64,000 nucleotides of DNA from Nitrosopumilus sp. (GTDB lineage: Archaea > Thermoproteota > Nitrososphaeria > Nitrososphaerales > Nitrosopumilaceae), in assembly GCA_965205425.1 (NCBI GenBank), contig CBDBGZ010000009.1, positions 704,001-768,000 of the forward strand, written 5' to 3'. Below are positions 50,431 to 60,802 of the stretch, piece after piece. The first letter of the stretch is position 1. Every line of letters starts with the position of its first letter. The position numbers and the translations under genes were made by a program. Under the pieces are notes generated by a model, which had not been told where the DNA came from, ran no database searches, and saw nothing but the letters and a program-made list of their open reading frames with translations.

Positions 50431-50449
50431 CTTTGAGATCTAACGGATC

Positions 50450-50913
50450 AAATGTTAACAGTTCAAATGATCCGCGAATATTTGTTAACTAAATGATTTG
50501 TTAATATTGACTGCCTAGCCCATGCCTAACCTATTTTTTGTTATTAACAATTAATTCATAATTAGCCCCCAAAATTAGGACTTTGTCATGACTGGAGTGG
50601 AAATAAAGGGGTTAGATTTAAGATATTCACAATGTTAACACTCATCTTAACGCCTGGAATGGAAATTAGGGGGTCAAAATGGGCTTTTCTAGGCTTTTCT
50701 TAACACCAATTTAACAAAAATGTTAACCCATAACAAACTACGACTAAACCCACACACCAATATTTCCACTCTATCTTTTTCTTTATTTTTTTAATAGAAA
50801 ATCTAAAACTAACTAAAAATAATTAATTACAAACTAAACTACTATTACTATTCTATTCTATACTCTCTTAATTTAGATATGATTGTGTTATTGTTGAGAG
50901 GAAACAAAGGTGT
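50450..50913. other. Probable chromosomal replication origin (oriC)
   Basis: ORB-like boxes at 50592-50611 (ctggagtggaaataaagggg), 50654-50673, inverted 50749-50771 and 50896-50914; AT-rich stretch at about 50772-50895; directly upstream of cdc6. Confidence 0.8.
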
Positions 50914-52122
50914 GTGAGTATGTCTGATCCAATTGATAGATTACTTGATGCAGCTGAATCAGGAAAATCGATAATAAAAAATCGAGATACTCTTCATTTT
51001 ACATATATTCCTGAAATTATATTTCATAGAAATTCTGAACAAGAACAAGTCACACAATCTCTATTACCAATCTTAAAACAATCCAGGCCATCAAATCTTC
51101 TAGTTTATGGAAAACCTGGTACTGGTAAAACTCTAGTTGTAAAAAAAGTAATTTTTAAAATTCAAGAAAGGGTAGAAAAATCAAATTTTCCAATTAAACT
51201 AATTTATTCAAATTCAAAAGAAGAGACAACACTTTATGGATTATTAGTCAGTTTAGGCAGGCAATTAGGCCTAAATGATAAGGAATTACCCACAACTGGG
51301 CTTGCAATTAGTGAAGTGTTTAAGAGACTACTTAACAAAATTGAGGAAGGAAAACTTAACGCAATTTTTGTAATTGATGAAATTGATTATCTGGCTCAAC
51401 TAGTAGTAAAAACAGGGAAGGATGTTTTATACCAACTAACTAGGGCAAATGAGCGTCTCAACCAAGGCTCATTAACTTTGGTTGGAATTTCAAATGATCT
51501 TACATTCAAAGAAAAACTAGATCCTAGAGTAATCAGTAGTCTGGGAGAAGAAGAGGTTGTCTTTACCAATTATGATGTTGAACAAATCAAAAAAATACTT
51601 GAAGAAAGAATCAATGAATCATTTATTGAAAATTCAGTAGAGGAACCGGCCCTAAATCTTATCGCTGCACTTGCTGGAGGAGAACACGGTGATGCTCGTC
51701 GGGCCATCGATTTACTTCGTGTAGCAGGAGAACTTGCTGAGCGACAACAATCCGATAAAGTCACGGCTGAAAATGTTCGAGAAGCCTCTCAAAAAATGGA
51801 AGAAAATAAAGAAGAAAAATCTCTCAAATCATTCCCACTACACGAAAAATTGGTACTTATTGCAATCATGAAGGCAAATGGTTCTTCTACTGGTGAAATC
51901 TACTCATCTTACAAAAATCTCTGTAAGGCAGTTGGGAAAGATGAGCTTACCCCAAGAAGAATCACACAAATGCTTAGTGAAATTGAATTATCTGGATTAA
52001 TCTCTGGAAGACTAATCCATCAAGGAATTCATGGTAGAACAAAAAAATTCAAACTTACAATATCATCTGAAATGATAAAAAAGACATTCCAAAATGATCT
52101 AACTTTGCAAGACATTGTCTAA
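50914..52122 (+). CDS. cdc6: Orc1/Cdc6 replication initiator
   Basis: YGKPGTGKT, IDEID and HGDARRAIDLLR motifs; C-terminal wHTH. Confidence 0.95.
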   Translation: MSMSDPIDRLLDAAESGKSIIKNRDTLHFTYIPEIIFHRNSEQEQVTQSLLPILKQSRPSNLLVYGKPGTGKTLVVKKVIFKIQERVEKSNFPIKLIYSNSKEETTLYGLLVSLGRQLGLNDKELPTTGLAISEVFKRLLNKIEEGKLNAIFVIDEIDYLAQLVVKTGKDVLYQLTRANERLNQGSLTLVGISNDLTFKEKLDPRVISSLGEEEVVFTNYDVEQIKKILEERINESFIENSVEEPALNLIAALAGGEHGDARRAIDLLRVAGELAERQQSDKVTAENVREASQKMEENKEEKSLKSFPLHEKLVLIAIMKANGSSTGEIYSSYKNLCKAVGKDELTPRRITQMLSEIELSGLISGRLIHQGIHGRTKKFKLTISSEMIKKTFQNDLTLQDIV

Positions 52123-53559
52123 ATTTGAACTATAATTTTGGTGGAAGACTTGGAGAGTTTTCAAATTTACCATTATTGCAATACCTGGATTTGGAGTCAT
52201 TCCAACACTTGCCTGAAAAGGTGTCTGTTTTTGCCAAGAACCAGAATTTACCAATAATATTCCCTTGTACATATCCAACTGTGCTCTATGAACATGACCC
52301 ACATGAAAAATATCTGGAATGTCTTGAATAACCAAAAGATCCTCCATTTCAGGTGCTATAGGGGTCTGACTACCATAAATTGGACTAAGATGTCTTGCTC
52401 TGAGTAGATGTCTCATGACATTTGTTGGTTGGTCATAACTTAGACCAGGTGTGGTTTTTACAATATCATCTATACTTTGACCATGAAACATTGAGACAAT
52501 TACACCATTTAATGAAACTACGGCGGGATTTCCTACCATTACCACATTTTCTTTTTCCCACAGATTTGAATTATATTTCTTAGGTATGGCTGGTTGTGGT
52601 AAGGCCCTTCTACCAGGATCGTGATTTCCAGGCATTATGATAATTTTAACATTTTTAGGAATTTTATCAATCAAATCCTCGGCTTTTTTTAATTGCTCTT
52701 CTATCGTCTGACAAACCAATTCTTTATTCTGATTTGGATAAATCCCAACCCCATCTACCATATCCCCTCCAATTAGAACAAATCGAATCCTTCTTGCAAT
52801 TTGATCAGGACTAGATATCCATGCTACAAATTCTGAGAATTCTTCTTCCATGAAATACTTGCTTCCAATATGCAAATCAGAAACAAATACAGCATATGCA
52901 TCACTTTCTGACTTGTTTTTTGCCTGCTCTGGAATATCTGGCAGTATCAAATCTTTAATGATATATCCTGAATTTTTTGCTGAACCTATTCTTGCCATAA
53001 CAAATTGATCTAAAAGAAGGGTTCCCGCAGTTTTTTGTAGTTCCTCATCAAAAATTATACCCTCAAACGAGCCTGAAGGGTCTTCCAGAACGATCTTGGT
53101 GATATTTCTCTCAGAATTTCTTGTTGTGACTAATCCACATACGTAGAGGTCATCTTCAATTTTTGTATTTTTTAGAGATGCTGTTGATTTGAGCATTTTT
53201 GATTCTGGTCTATCTAAGATAATTCGTTTAAGTTTGTTAAACCGACTTGAAAATAATGCATTGTAACCTTTGACACCCTCTCCCGATGTTATCTTACTAG
53301 TTGGATCAGACAACACCTTAACTTCATTTTGTAATGATGAATCCTCCTTAATTCCAAGATATGTTTCCAAATCATCTTGGTTGATCTGAAATAATTTCTG
53401 CTTTGTCTTTTCTCGAACTATTTCTTTGATAATTTTCTCTAATTTTCTTACATCAACATTTTCTAAAATCTTAAAAGCATCAGGATGAATTTGAAATCCC
53501 TTGTTTAGTGCATAGTTTAGGGCAAAGGAGAGTTCCTTTTTCATATCAAAAAATATCAT
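52099..53559 (-). CDS. polB: DNA polymerase D small subunit (DP1, exonuclease)
   Basis: SDLHIGS, GDMVDGVGIYPNQ, PGNHD, RHLSP and GHVH motifs. Confidence 0.95.
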   Translation of the reverse strand: MIFFDMKKELSFALNYALNKGFQIHPDAFKILENVDVRKLEKIIKEIVREKTKQKLFQINQDDLETYLGIKEDSSLQNEVKVLSDPTSKITSGEGVKGYNALFSSRFNKLKRIILDRPESKMLKSTASLKNTKIEDDLYVCGLVTTRNSERNITKIVLEDPSGSFEGIIFDEELQKTAGTLLLDQFVMARIGSAKNSGYIIKDLILPDIPEQAKNKSESDAYAVFVSDLHIGSKYFMEEEFSEFVAWISSPDQIARRIRFVLIGGDMVDGVGIYPNQNKELVCQTIEEQLKKAEDLIDKIPKNVKIIIMPGNHDPGRRALPQPAIPKKYNSNLWEKENVVMVGNPAVVSLNGVIVSMFHGQSIDDIVKTTPGLSYDQPTNVMRHLLRARHLSPIYGSQTPIAPEMEDLLVIQDIPDIFHVGHVHRAQLDMYKGILLVNSGSWQKQTPFQASVGMTPNPGIAIMVNLKTLQVFHQNYSSNLDNVLQS

Positions 53560-53599
53560 TCGGTTTAATTAAATCTGCGCCTACATCAACCCTCAAATA

Positions 53600-54166
53600 T
53601 TGTTCATGAGGTATGGCAATGTGAATAAAATCAGAATAATCGCATTCTTTGTATTTTTAGGACTTTTTGTTGCAGCATATCAAATTGGATCAATGTCTAC
53701 TGTTAGTGAAGAAGAAGCAAATGCATTCATGGTAGAATTTGAAGAACTTGTTTTAAATATTGATGCATTTGGAATCTTTACTCATAACTTGACTATTGCG
53801 TTACCGATGTTTATCCCGGGATTTGGGATTGTGTGGGGCCTTTTCTCTGCTTGGTCAACCGGTTTTGCATTTGCATCAATAGCACTTACAGCACCTGAAA
53901 TCCTGGCCGAAGTACACCCACTTGAAATTCTTTTCTATACTCCATTTGGATTAATAGAGCTTGTAGCATATTCTATTGGTCTTTCTAGAAGTTTTATTCT
54001 GATTAGAGCAATTATAAAAAAAATTGATTTGCTTACATTAGCCAAACCAACACTTATTGAAATTGGAATTGTTACAGGACTTCTTTTGGCTGGAGGATAC
54101 ATTGAATTTTACATGATAGAATTTGCTCAAGAACAAGGGTTGATGGATATGCCTGGGTTTGAATAA
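53600..54166 (+). CDS. SpoIIM/DUF95-like integral membrane protein
   Basis: IFTHN and PFGLIEL motifs; multiple TM segments. Confidence 0.7.
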   Translation: MFMRYGNVNKIRIIAFFVFLGLFVAAYQIGSMSTVSEEEANAFMVEFEELVLNIDAFGIFTHNLTIALPMFIPGFGIVWGLFSAWSTGFAFASIALTAPEILAEVHPLEILFYTPFGLIELVAYSIGLSRSFILIRAIIKKIDLLTLAKPTLIEIGIVTGLLLAGGYIEFYMIEFAQEQGLMDMPGFE

Positions 54167-54247
54167 TTGCATTACCCATGGATTTGCCTAATCAGTCTAA
54201 AATTATTTAGTAGCAAATTATAAACCAAATTAAATGAGAAATTAATC

Positions 54248-55246
54248 ATGAGAGTAGCCATTACATTACTAGCTCTACTTGTAATTTCATCAGGATATTT
54301 TGTAAATGAATCATTTGCAGAAATTTCTGAAAAACAAGCATTTCTTTTAGAAGGATCTGGTTTTGCCGTAACTGAAGAAATAATCAAAATATCTGAAATT
54401 GATTTAGGTTTATCATCTCAAGATCAACGTGGAAGTACAATTAATTTTTTGACTGAGGATGGTTTTATTACATTAGATAATGAAGAATTTATAATTTCTA
54501 ATTTAGAAGGAAAATTTTTGCGTGAAGGAAAATACATTCGAGTAAATGGAGAAATTGAAAGCTCAAATGGTTTTGATACCTCAATTAGTTTCTTTGGAAG
54601 ATTAGTTGATGAAAGTAAAGATGCAGCAGTTTATGGTTTTACTGGTAGAATTACTACCTCTGATGATACTTACAAAGTAATTTACACGACAAAATTATCT
54701 ACACTATCACAAATTACTACAACTACAGAGTCTGAAGAATTAGATGATCTTACACTACGTATTCTCCCAGGAGCATCATCAGTAGGAGTTACCGGAAGTT
54801 ACATTGAAGCAGGTAATACTCAAGATACAACTGATCCATCTAGATTAAGATATTTCTCACAAGATAGAATTTCAGTAGAACCAGGTACTAGTATTACAAT
54901 AATTAATGATGATGTAATGTCTCATAGTTTAGTCAGTGGTATTGTCGTAGGTTCAGAAAGAGATCTTGATAAAGGAAATATTTGTAGAGATATTGATATA
55001 TCACTTGCTGAAGGATTTAGTACTTTTGGTGAAGGTTCAGAGGTTTACAATTGTGACTTTGTTATTGATAATAGAGTGAACACTGATATGATTTTACCTG
55101 GAGAATCAACATCAATCACTTTTAATGAATTGGGATTCTATAGATTAATTGATCCTGATTATGGATGGATGAGAATTATAGCGTATGTGTTTCCAAGTTC
55201 AGATAATAATGTAATTTTACGTGAAGGACAAAACTTGGGAAATTAA
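54248..55246 (+). CDS. Exported protein with a C-terminal cupredoxin-like domain
   Basis: Signal peptide; ISVEPGTSITIINDDVMSHS and ILPGES...F...G.Y patterns; type-1 copper Cys/His ligands not evident. Confidence 0.6.
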   Translation: MRVAITLLALLVISSGYFVNESFAEISEKQAFLLEGSGFAVTEEIIKISEIDLGLSSQDQRGSTINFLTEDGFITLDNEEFIISNLEGKFLREGKYIRVNGEIESSNGFDTSISFFGRLVDESKDAAVYGFTGRITTSDDTYKVIYTTKLSTLSQITTTTESEELDDLTLRILPGASSVGVTGSYIEAGNTQDTTDPSRLRYFSQDRISVEPGTSITIINDDVMSHSLVSGIVVGSERDLDKGNICRDIDISLAEGFSTFGEGSEVYNCDFVIDNRVNTDMILPGESTSITFNELGFYRLIDPDYGWMRIIAYVFPSSDNNVILREGQNLGN

Positions 55247-55959
55247 TTTTCCCATTGCCATCTATAATTCATGTATGAGTCTAAACTAGTCTGATTAAAC
55301 ACCATTACAGACAAATCAGAAAACTCTTTTCCCTCTAAATCATTTACAGTACCAACAAATTTTGTTTCATTTTCAGTAGTTATTGCCTCAAAAACATGAA
55401 CCTTCATATTTTTTGTGTCAAAATTATGTTCTCTGAGATATATTGCTATTTCAGATGGCATGAAATGTTTGTCGGGTTGTTTTGACCAAGGTCTTGGAAC
55501 TAAAACTACACTAAAACCATCAATCAATGCTTTTTGTAATTCTAATTTTTTATCTTCAATTGGGGTTGTAACATGCATTGTGATTACTTTTGATTTATCA
55601 AGAGGAACCTTTGCTCTAGATGCAGCTACTTGAATTGAACTAATTCCTGGAATAATTTCTACTTCACCAAAAATTTCTATTAATCTATCTACAACTTCTG
55701 ATTCTGAAAAATTTACATCACCAGTAAATGGAATTACTAGAGTTCGCTCACCAAGTTTTGGAAGAATTTTTTGATAAGAATCTTCTTGATCATTCATAGT
55801 AATTTCATAAATCTCTTTACCTTGAATCAAATCTTCTATTGTTTTTAGAGTATACTTGTATCCAATTATAACATCACAATTTTGAATTATTTCTTTTACA
55901 ATTTCTGTTACATATTTTGGAGAACCTGGTCCAACTCCTACAGCGAAAACTTTTCCCAA
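55243..55959 (-). CDS. cbiE: Precorrin-6Y C5-methyltransferase
   Basis: VGVGPG, TGDVNFS and IPGISSIQVA motifs. Confidence 0.8.
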   Translation of the reverse strand: MGKVFAVGVGPGSPKYVTEIVKEIIQNCDVIIGYKYTLKTIEDLIQGKEIYEITMNDQEDSYQKILPKLGERTLVIPFTGDVNFSESEVVDRLIEIFGEVEIIPGISSIQVAASRAKVPLDKSKVITMHVTTPIEDKKLELQKALIDGFSVVLVPRPWSKQPDKHFMPSEIAIYLREHNFDTKNMKVHVFEAITTENETKFVGTVNDLEGKEFSDLSVMVFNQTSLDSYMNYRWQWEN

Positions 55960-55961
55960 TT

Positions 55962-56453
55962 TTACTTCGTAAAGTTTTGTCTGTCTTTAATATATTGCAC
56001 AAAAGGCGCCCAATCCACTTTCATGTATTTCGTAGGCTCTTTTGCAGGATATTTTACCCAATTTTGGGCTATTGAATACTGAAATTTCTCTTCTTTTCCA
56101 TCTTTTTGATACTCTAACTGTAAGGAACTTCCCCAATCCTTTTCTGTAAAACTTATACCGGAAATATCATCAAATGATAATTCCATATTTCTATCATCTT
56201 CACAATCATTCATCAAATCTTCTTCATTATATCCATCATGACGAATCATCGTATTTTTTGATTTTATAAAATTAATTACCTGTCTTTGAGTAATGGCTTT
56301 CCACCAATTCATCTTTGATTCAGTTTTATGTACATACATCAAATGTTTGTCAGTTAATACCAACATGCCTTCTTTTCCACCAATCGAAAAAAACTTTTTT
56401 GATTCTCTCCACACTGAAACTAGATGTGCCTGAATCTTTTCATCAGGTTGCAT
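55962..56453 (-). CDS. Hypothetical protein (possible PH-like fold)
   Basis: GMLVLTDKHL motif. Confidence 0.55.
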   Translation of the reverse strand: MQPDEKIQAHLVSVWRESKKFFSIGGKEGMLVLTDKHLMYVHKTESKMNWWKAITQRQVINFIKSKNTMIRHDGYNEEDLMNDCEDDRNMELSFDDISGISFTEKDWGSSLQLEYQKDGKEEKFQYSIAQNWVKYPAKEPTKYMKVDWAPFVQYIKDRQNFTK

Positions 56454-56526
56454 ATCGGATGATTTATTGAACTTTGTTAAAAACTAATACAATTGGCTTT
56501 TAAGTAAGCAATATTGAAAAAAATTA

Positions 56527-58071
56527 TTGAATAAAACTTTCATATTCTTATTATTTTCATTATTTATAGTTAGTTCAGGAAGCTATACCTTTGCCCAAAC
56601 AGTTGAATTTAATGAAATTAAAATTATGGATCCTGTAGTAATTTTAGAAACTGATTTGGGAGAAATTGTTATAGCATTCTTCCCAAATGATGCTCCAAAA
56701 CATGTTGAAAATTTCATCATATTATCCCAAACGGGATTTTATGATAATGTATTATTCCATAGAATCATTCCTGGATTTATGATTCAAGGCGGTGATCCAA
56801 ATACGATTGATGGTGATCCAAATACTTGGGGAACTGGTGGCCCAACCACAAGTGTAGATGCAGAGTTTAATACAATAAAACATAATCGTGGAATTGTTTC
56901 AATGGCAAGATCTGCTGATCCGAACAGTGGCGGCTCTCAATTTTTCATAGTTCATCAAGATTCTAATTTTCTTGATGAACAATATACCGTATTTGGTAGA
57001 ATTATAACTGAAGAAAGTTTTGAAACACTAGATAAAATCGCAGCCGTTAAAATAGGAATTAGTGACAGACCTATGGATCCTGAACAAGTTAGAATTACAA
57101 AAACTACAGTAGTTAGTATATCTGAAATTCAAAATCTTCTTGACTTAGGAGATCCTGAACGAACTCAATCAGTTGTAACTCCATCAACAGGCAATCAACC
57201 ATATCAAAGTACAGAACATGAGATTAAACTAAGTGTACCTGAAGGTTGGTTATTACAAGAACAAGATAAAACCCAACCAGATTCTCCGGATGTAGTTGCA
57301 GTTGGTCCAAAAACTGGCATAATGAATCCGGTAATATCTTTAACAATTATAGAATCTAATCAACGTATGTTTGATGAATTAATTTCTGAAAAACTTGCAT
57401 CAATTCAACAAGTAATAGAAACAGGTGAGTTGAAAATAAGTTCACAGAAAAAAATGACTATAAACGAATATGATGCATATGTTACTGAAGCAGAAGGACT
57501 ATTCTCAGCAAATGGAGAAAAATATAATGTTCAATTCAAAGAAATCATGTTTTATGATAATGAAAAAGTTTACACCCTTGCATATAGTAATGGTGTAGAT
57601 GATTTTGATTCACAACTACCAAGATTTGATGAAACCGTTGATTCTTTTGAAATAATCTCAGACGAACAAATTAATACAACCCCTGGAGGAACAACAGGAG
57701 AAGAAAATGGTGGTTGTTTAATTGCAACTGCAGCATTTGGTTCTGAAATGGCACCACAAGTTCAACAACTCAGAGAGCTTAGAGATAATATAATATTATC
57801 AACAGAATCTGGAACTGCATTTATGAGTGGATTTAATCAATTCTATTACTCATTTTCACCTGTAATTGCTGATATGGAACGTGAAAACCCTCTTTTCAGA
57901 GAATTTGTAAAACTTTCCATTACTCCAATGTTATCAACATTATCAATTCTAAATTATGTTGAAATTGATTCAGAAACTGAAATGTTATCTTATGGAATTG
58001 GAATTATTTTAATGAATGTTGGAATGTATTTTACAGCACCTGCAATAATTATCTACAAAATTAGGAAATAA
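56527..58071 (+). CDS. Cyclophilin-type peptidyl-prolyl isomerase with C-terminal CFI-box-CTERM anchor
   Basis: FHRIIPGFMIQGGDP, SMARS and SQFFI motifs; GGCLIATAAFGS tail. Confidence 0.9.
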   Translation: MNKTFIFLLFSLFIVSSGSYTFAQTVEFNEIKIMDPVVILETDLGEIVIAFFPNDAPKHVENFIILSQTGFYDNVLFHRIIPGFMIQGGDPNTIDGDPNTWGTGGPTTSVDAEFNTIKHNRGIVSMARSADPNSGGSQFFIVHQDSNFLDEQYTVFGRIITEESFETLDKIAAVKIGISDRPMDPEQVRITKTTVVSISEIQNLLDLGDPERTQSVVTPSTGNQPYQSTEHEIKLSVPEGWLLQEQDKTQPDSPDVVAVGPKTGIMNPVISLTIIESNQRMFDELISEKLASIQQVIETGELKISSQKKMTINEYDAYVTEAEGLFSANGEKYNVQFKEIMFYDNEKVYTLAYSNGVDDFDSQLPRFDETVDSFEIISDEQINTTPGGTTGEENGGCLIATAAFGSEMAPQVQQLRELRDNIILSTESGTAFMSGFNQFYYSFSPVIADMERENPLFREFVKLSITPMLSTLSILNYVEIDSETEMLSYGIGIILMNVGMYFTAPAIIIYKIRK

Positions 58072-58076
58072 TTTTT

Positions 58077-59450
58077 TTACCAAACATCATCTACTTCATC
58101 AAGAAGCTTGTATTCTTTTTCTGTTTCATATTTCATCAGTTTTAGTCTAGAGATATCTCTATCAAAGAACAAATCTATTGCCCAATCAAGAAATACACGT
58201 ATTTTTTTATCAAACGTTGTGATTTTTGAGAGATATACATTTCTCCAAATTAGCCAAGCCCAAAATCCAGAAATATTCATTCCCAAAAAGGTAGCGATTC
58301 CTGATCTTTTTCCAATAATTGCCATTTGGCCTTTAGAATGATAAACAAATTTTTCTTTTGTAGAATTTTTAATTAACGAAATTAAATTTTTAGCTGCTAT
58401 CTTTGCTTGTGCCTCTGCAATTTGAGCAGTAGGTGGCAATGGTCTTTGTGTTTCAGGATCAATATGTAATGCACAATCACCAATTGCAAATACTCCTGGG
58501 AAATCTGTAACCTCTAGATAATCATTTACAATGAGTTTTCCTTTCTCTGTCTTGAACATAGATCTCTTAATTGTATTAACTGGAGTAACTCCTGCAGTCC
58601 AAATCAATGTCTTTGTAATTATTGAATCAATTTCAGATGTATTGATTGAATCTTTTGGATGATCATCTAATGATTTTGTAGTAACTTCATTTCCATCAAA
58701 ACTAGTTACAGCTGTTTTTAATCTAATGTCAATTCCTCTTTCCACCATCTTGTCTTTAGCAAAATCTGCTAGTTTTGTATTAAATCCAGGTAAAATCATA
58801 CCTAGTGCCTCTAGAACAATTACTTTGAGATCTTCTTTAAGAATTGTAGGGTAATGTTTTCTTGCATCCAATAAAAGATCCATTAATTCCCCAGCGGTTT
58901 CAATTCCTGCAAATCCTCCTCCAACAACTACAAAATTCAAAAAACTTTTTCGCAGTATTGGATTAGTTTCATTTTCTGCCTGTTCTAACATGTCAATAAC
59001 TCTATTTCTTAACACAACAGCATCACTGAGTGTCTTCATTGTATATGCATTTTTTTCAACATCTGCCATTCCAAAAAAGTTAGTTTCACTACCTAGTGCA
59101 ACAACTAGAAAATCATAATGTATTGAAATACTTCGTTTATCCCCAGTTCCCCATAATGTTACAAGTTTTCCATAAGGATCAATATTTTTAATTCTACCTT
59201 CATAAAATTTTATTTTTTTACAAACAGTTCTAATTGGCAAAACAATATGTCTAGTTTCAATCATTCCTGAGGCTACCTGTGGCAGCATTGGTGTGAATAA
59301 TAGAAAATTATCTTCACTTATCATTACCAATTCAATTTCAGGATTATTTCCAAATTCTTTTTCTAATTGTCTGGCACATTCTACACCCGCAAATCCTCCG
59401 CCCAAAATCACTATTTTTTTCTTATTTCTAGCCAATCGTGCCCTTTCCAC
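58077..59450 (-). CDS. Type II NADH dehydrogenase-like flavoprotein
   Basis: Two GGGFAG motifs, FTPMLP, GDCA and PPTAQIA. Confidence 0.85.
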   Translation of the reverse strand: MERARLARNKKKIVILGGGFAGVECARQLEKEFGNNPEIELVMISEDNFLLFTPMLPQVASGMIETRHIVLPIRTVCKKIKFYEGRIKNIDPYGKLVTLWGTGDKRSISIHYDFLVVALGSETNFFGMADVEKNAYTMKTLSDAVVLRNRVIDMLEQAENETNPILRKSFLNFVVVGGGFAGIETAGELMDLLLDARKHYPTILKEDLKVIVLEALGMILPGFNTKLADFAKDKMVERGIDIRLKTAVTSFDGNEVTTKSLDDHPKDSINTSEIDSIITKTLIWTAGVTPVNTIKRSMFKTEKGKLIVNDYLEVTDFPGVFAIGDCALHIDPETQRPLPPTAQIAEAQAKIAAKNLISLIKNSTKEKFVYHSKGQMAIIGKRSGIATFLGMNISGFWAWLIWRNVYLSKITTFDKKIRVFLDWAIDLFFDRDISRLKLMKYETEKEYKLLDEVDDVW

Positions 59451-59504
59451 AAATTGGGTGAATATATGCTATAAGAATAATTTTCAGTAAATTCACTACT
59501 ACGC

Positions 59505-60170
59505 TTAGGTTCTCATAATATCTGAATGTAAAATATCATAGGCCCTAGAAGAATCCCTTTCATTTAGAATAATTGTGATATTATCCTGACTGAAAAATGC
59601 GTTAACCAATTCTACTCCATTTGCGTGTAATACTTCAGCTACATAGGATACTACATCTGATTGATTTTGTGCATTGGGGATTGAAATTCTAATTTTTGCA
59701 AGACCAGTACTAAACATATCATCATTTTCTGGAACGTTACTGAAAATCTGTCTAATGTCATCCATATCTTCAGCTAGAAATCTAAACGAATCAGATAGTC
59801 TGAAAAAATCATAATTGTTAGTCACCTTAGAGAATTTATCTAAAATTGCCATTGGATCCATTTCATTTGAATCCTTTACTGAAAACTTTACATCCATTAT
59901 TCCATCAGTCAAAGCCAATCTTGCATTTTTCAAAACTGATTCATCTTTGACTTCATCCTTGATTTCAAATGAATCCGCATATCTTTTGATTGCAACAACT
60001 ACAGTGTTAACATTAACGGAATTACCTAGAATTCTTTCAATCTCTGGTTGAATCTTTACTGCCAAAGCTGTATAGTTTATCAAATCCATTTTCATACAAT
60101 CATAAATTGAACGATTTCTGGTGATGATTTCTCTAACAACTTCGGGTATGGACACGTTTGTAGTCCTCAT
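59505..60170 (-). CDS. ACT-domain protein
   Basis: LINYTALA N-terminus; C-terminal ACT-like fold. Confidence 0.65.
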   Translation of the reverse strand: MRTTNVSIPEVVREIITRNRSIYDCMKMDLINYTALAVKIQPEIERILGNSVNVNTVVVAIKRYADSFEIKDEVKDESVLKNARLALTDGIMDVKFSVKDSNEMDPMAILDKFSKVTNNYDFFRLSDSFRFLAEDMDDIRQIFSNVPENDDMFSTGLAKIRISIPNAQNQSDVVSYVAEVLHANGVELVNAFFSQDNITIILNERDSSRAYDILHSDIMRT

Positions 60171-60274
60171 TAAGCTTATTATATTATGTCAGTTATAATA
60201 GGATTATGTAAGAAATCAAAGAAATACTGATAATCTTTATATAATGTCATATATATTACATATAGTAGATATAT

Positions 60275-60775
60275 ATGACAAACTTCTTTGATAGTGAATT
60301 TGATAGAATCTTCAAAAAAATGTCAAGCTCTTTTTTCAATATAGATGACGTTTTTGAGGAATTCAATGGAAATGGTTCTGAATCCGGCCCATATTATTAC
60401 GGTTATACAATGACCGTTGGTCCTGATGGAAAACCTATTGTAAACGAATATGGCAATGTCAAACCAGGCCTTGCTCCATCTTTTGATACACGCAAACCAC
60501 TTGTTGACACAATTGTCGATGAAAAAGAAAAGGTAGTAAAACTCATAGCTGAGATGCCAGGAGTCGAAAAATCTGATGTTAAGATTGTTGTTGAAAACAA
60601 AACAGTAGATCTTTCAGCAGAACATGATGAGAAAAAATATCATGTCAAAGTTCCTGTGCAACACAAAGTTGATGAAAACTCTGCAAAAGCCTCTTACAAG
60701 AATGGAGTTTTGCAAATCGTCTTCAAATTAGTTGCAGAAGAAAAACCAAAAGGCAAAACGGTGGAGGTTGAATAA
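60275..60775 (+). CDS. hsp20: Small heat-shock protein (archaeal Hsp20)
   Basis: YGYTMTVGPDGKP, AEMPGVEK and ASYKNGVL motifs. Confidence 0.9.
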   Translation: MTNFFDSEFDRIFKKMSSSFFNIDDVFEEFNGNGSESGPYYYGYTMTVGPDGKPIVNEYGNVKPGLAPSFDTRKPLVDTIVDEKEKVVKLIAEMPGVEKSDVKIVVENKTVDLSAEHDEKKYHVKVPVQHKVDENSAKASYKNGVLQIVFKLVAEEKPKGKTVEVE

Positions 60776-60802
60776 ACCCCTCTTTATTTTTGAGGTAATG
60801 AT

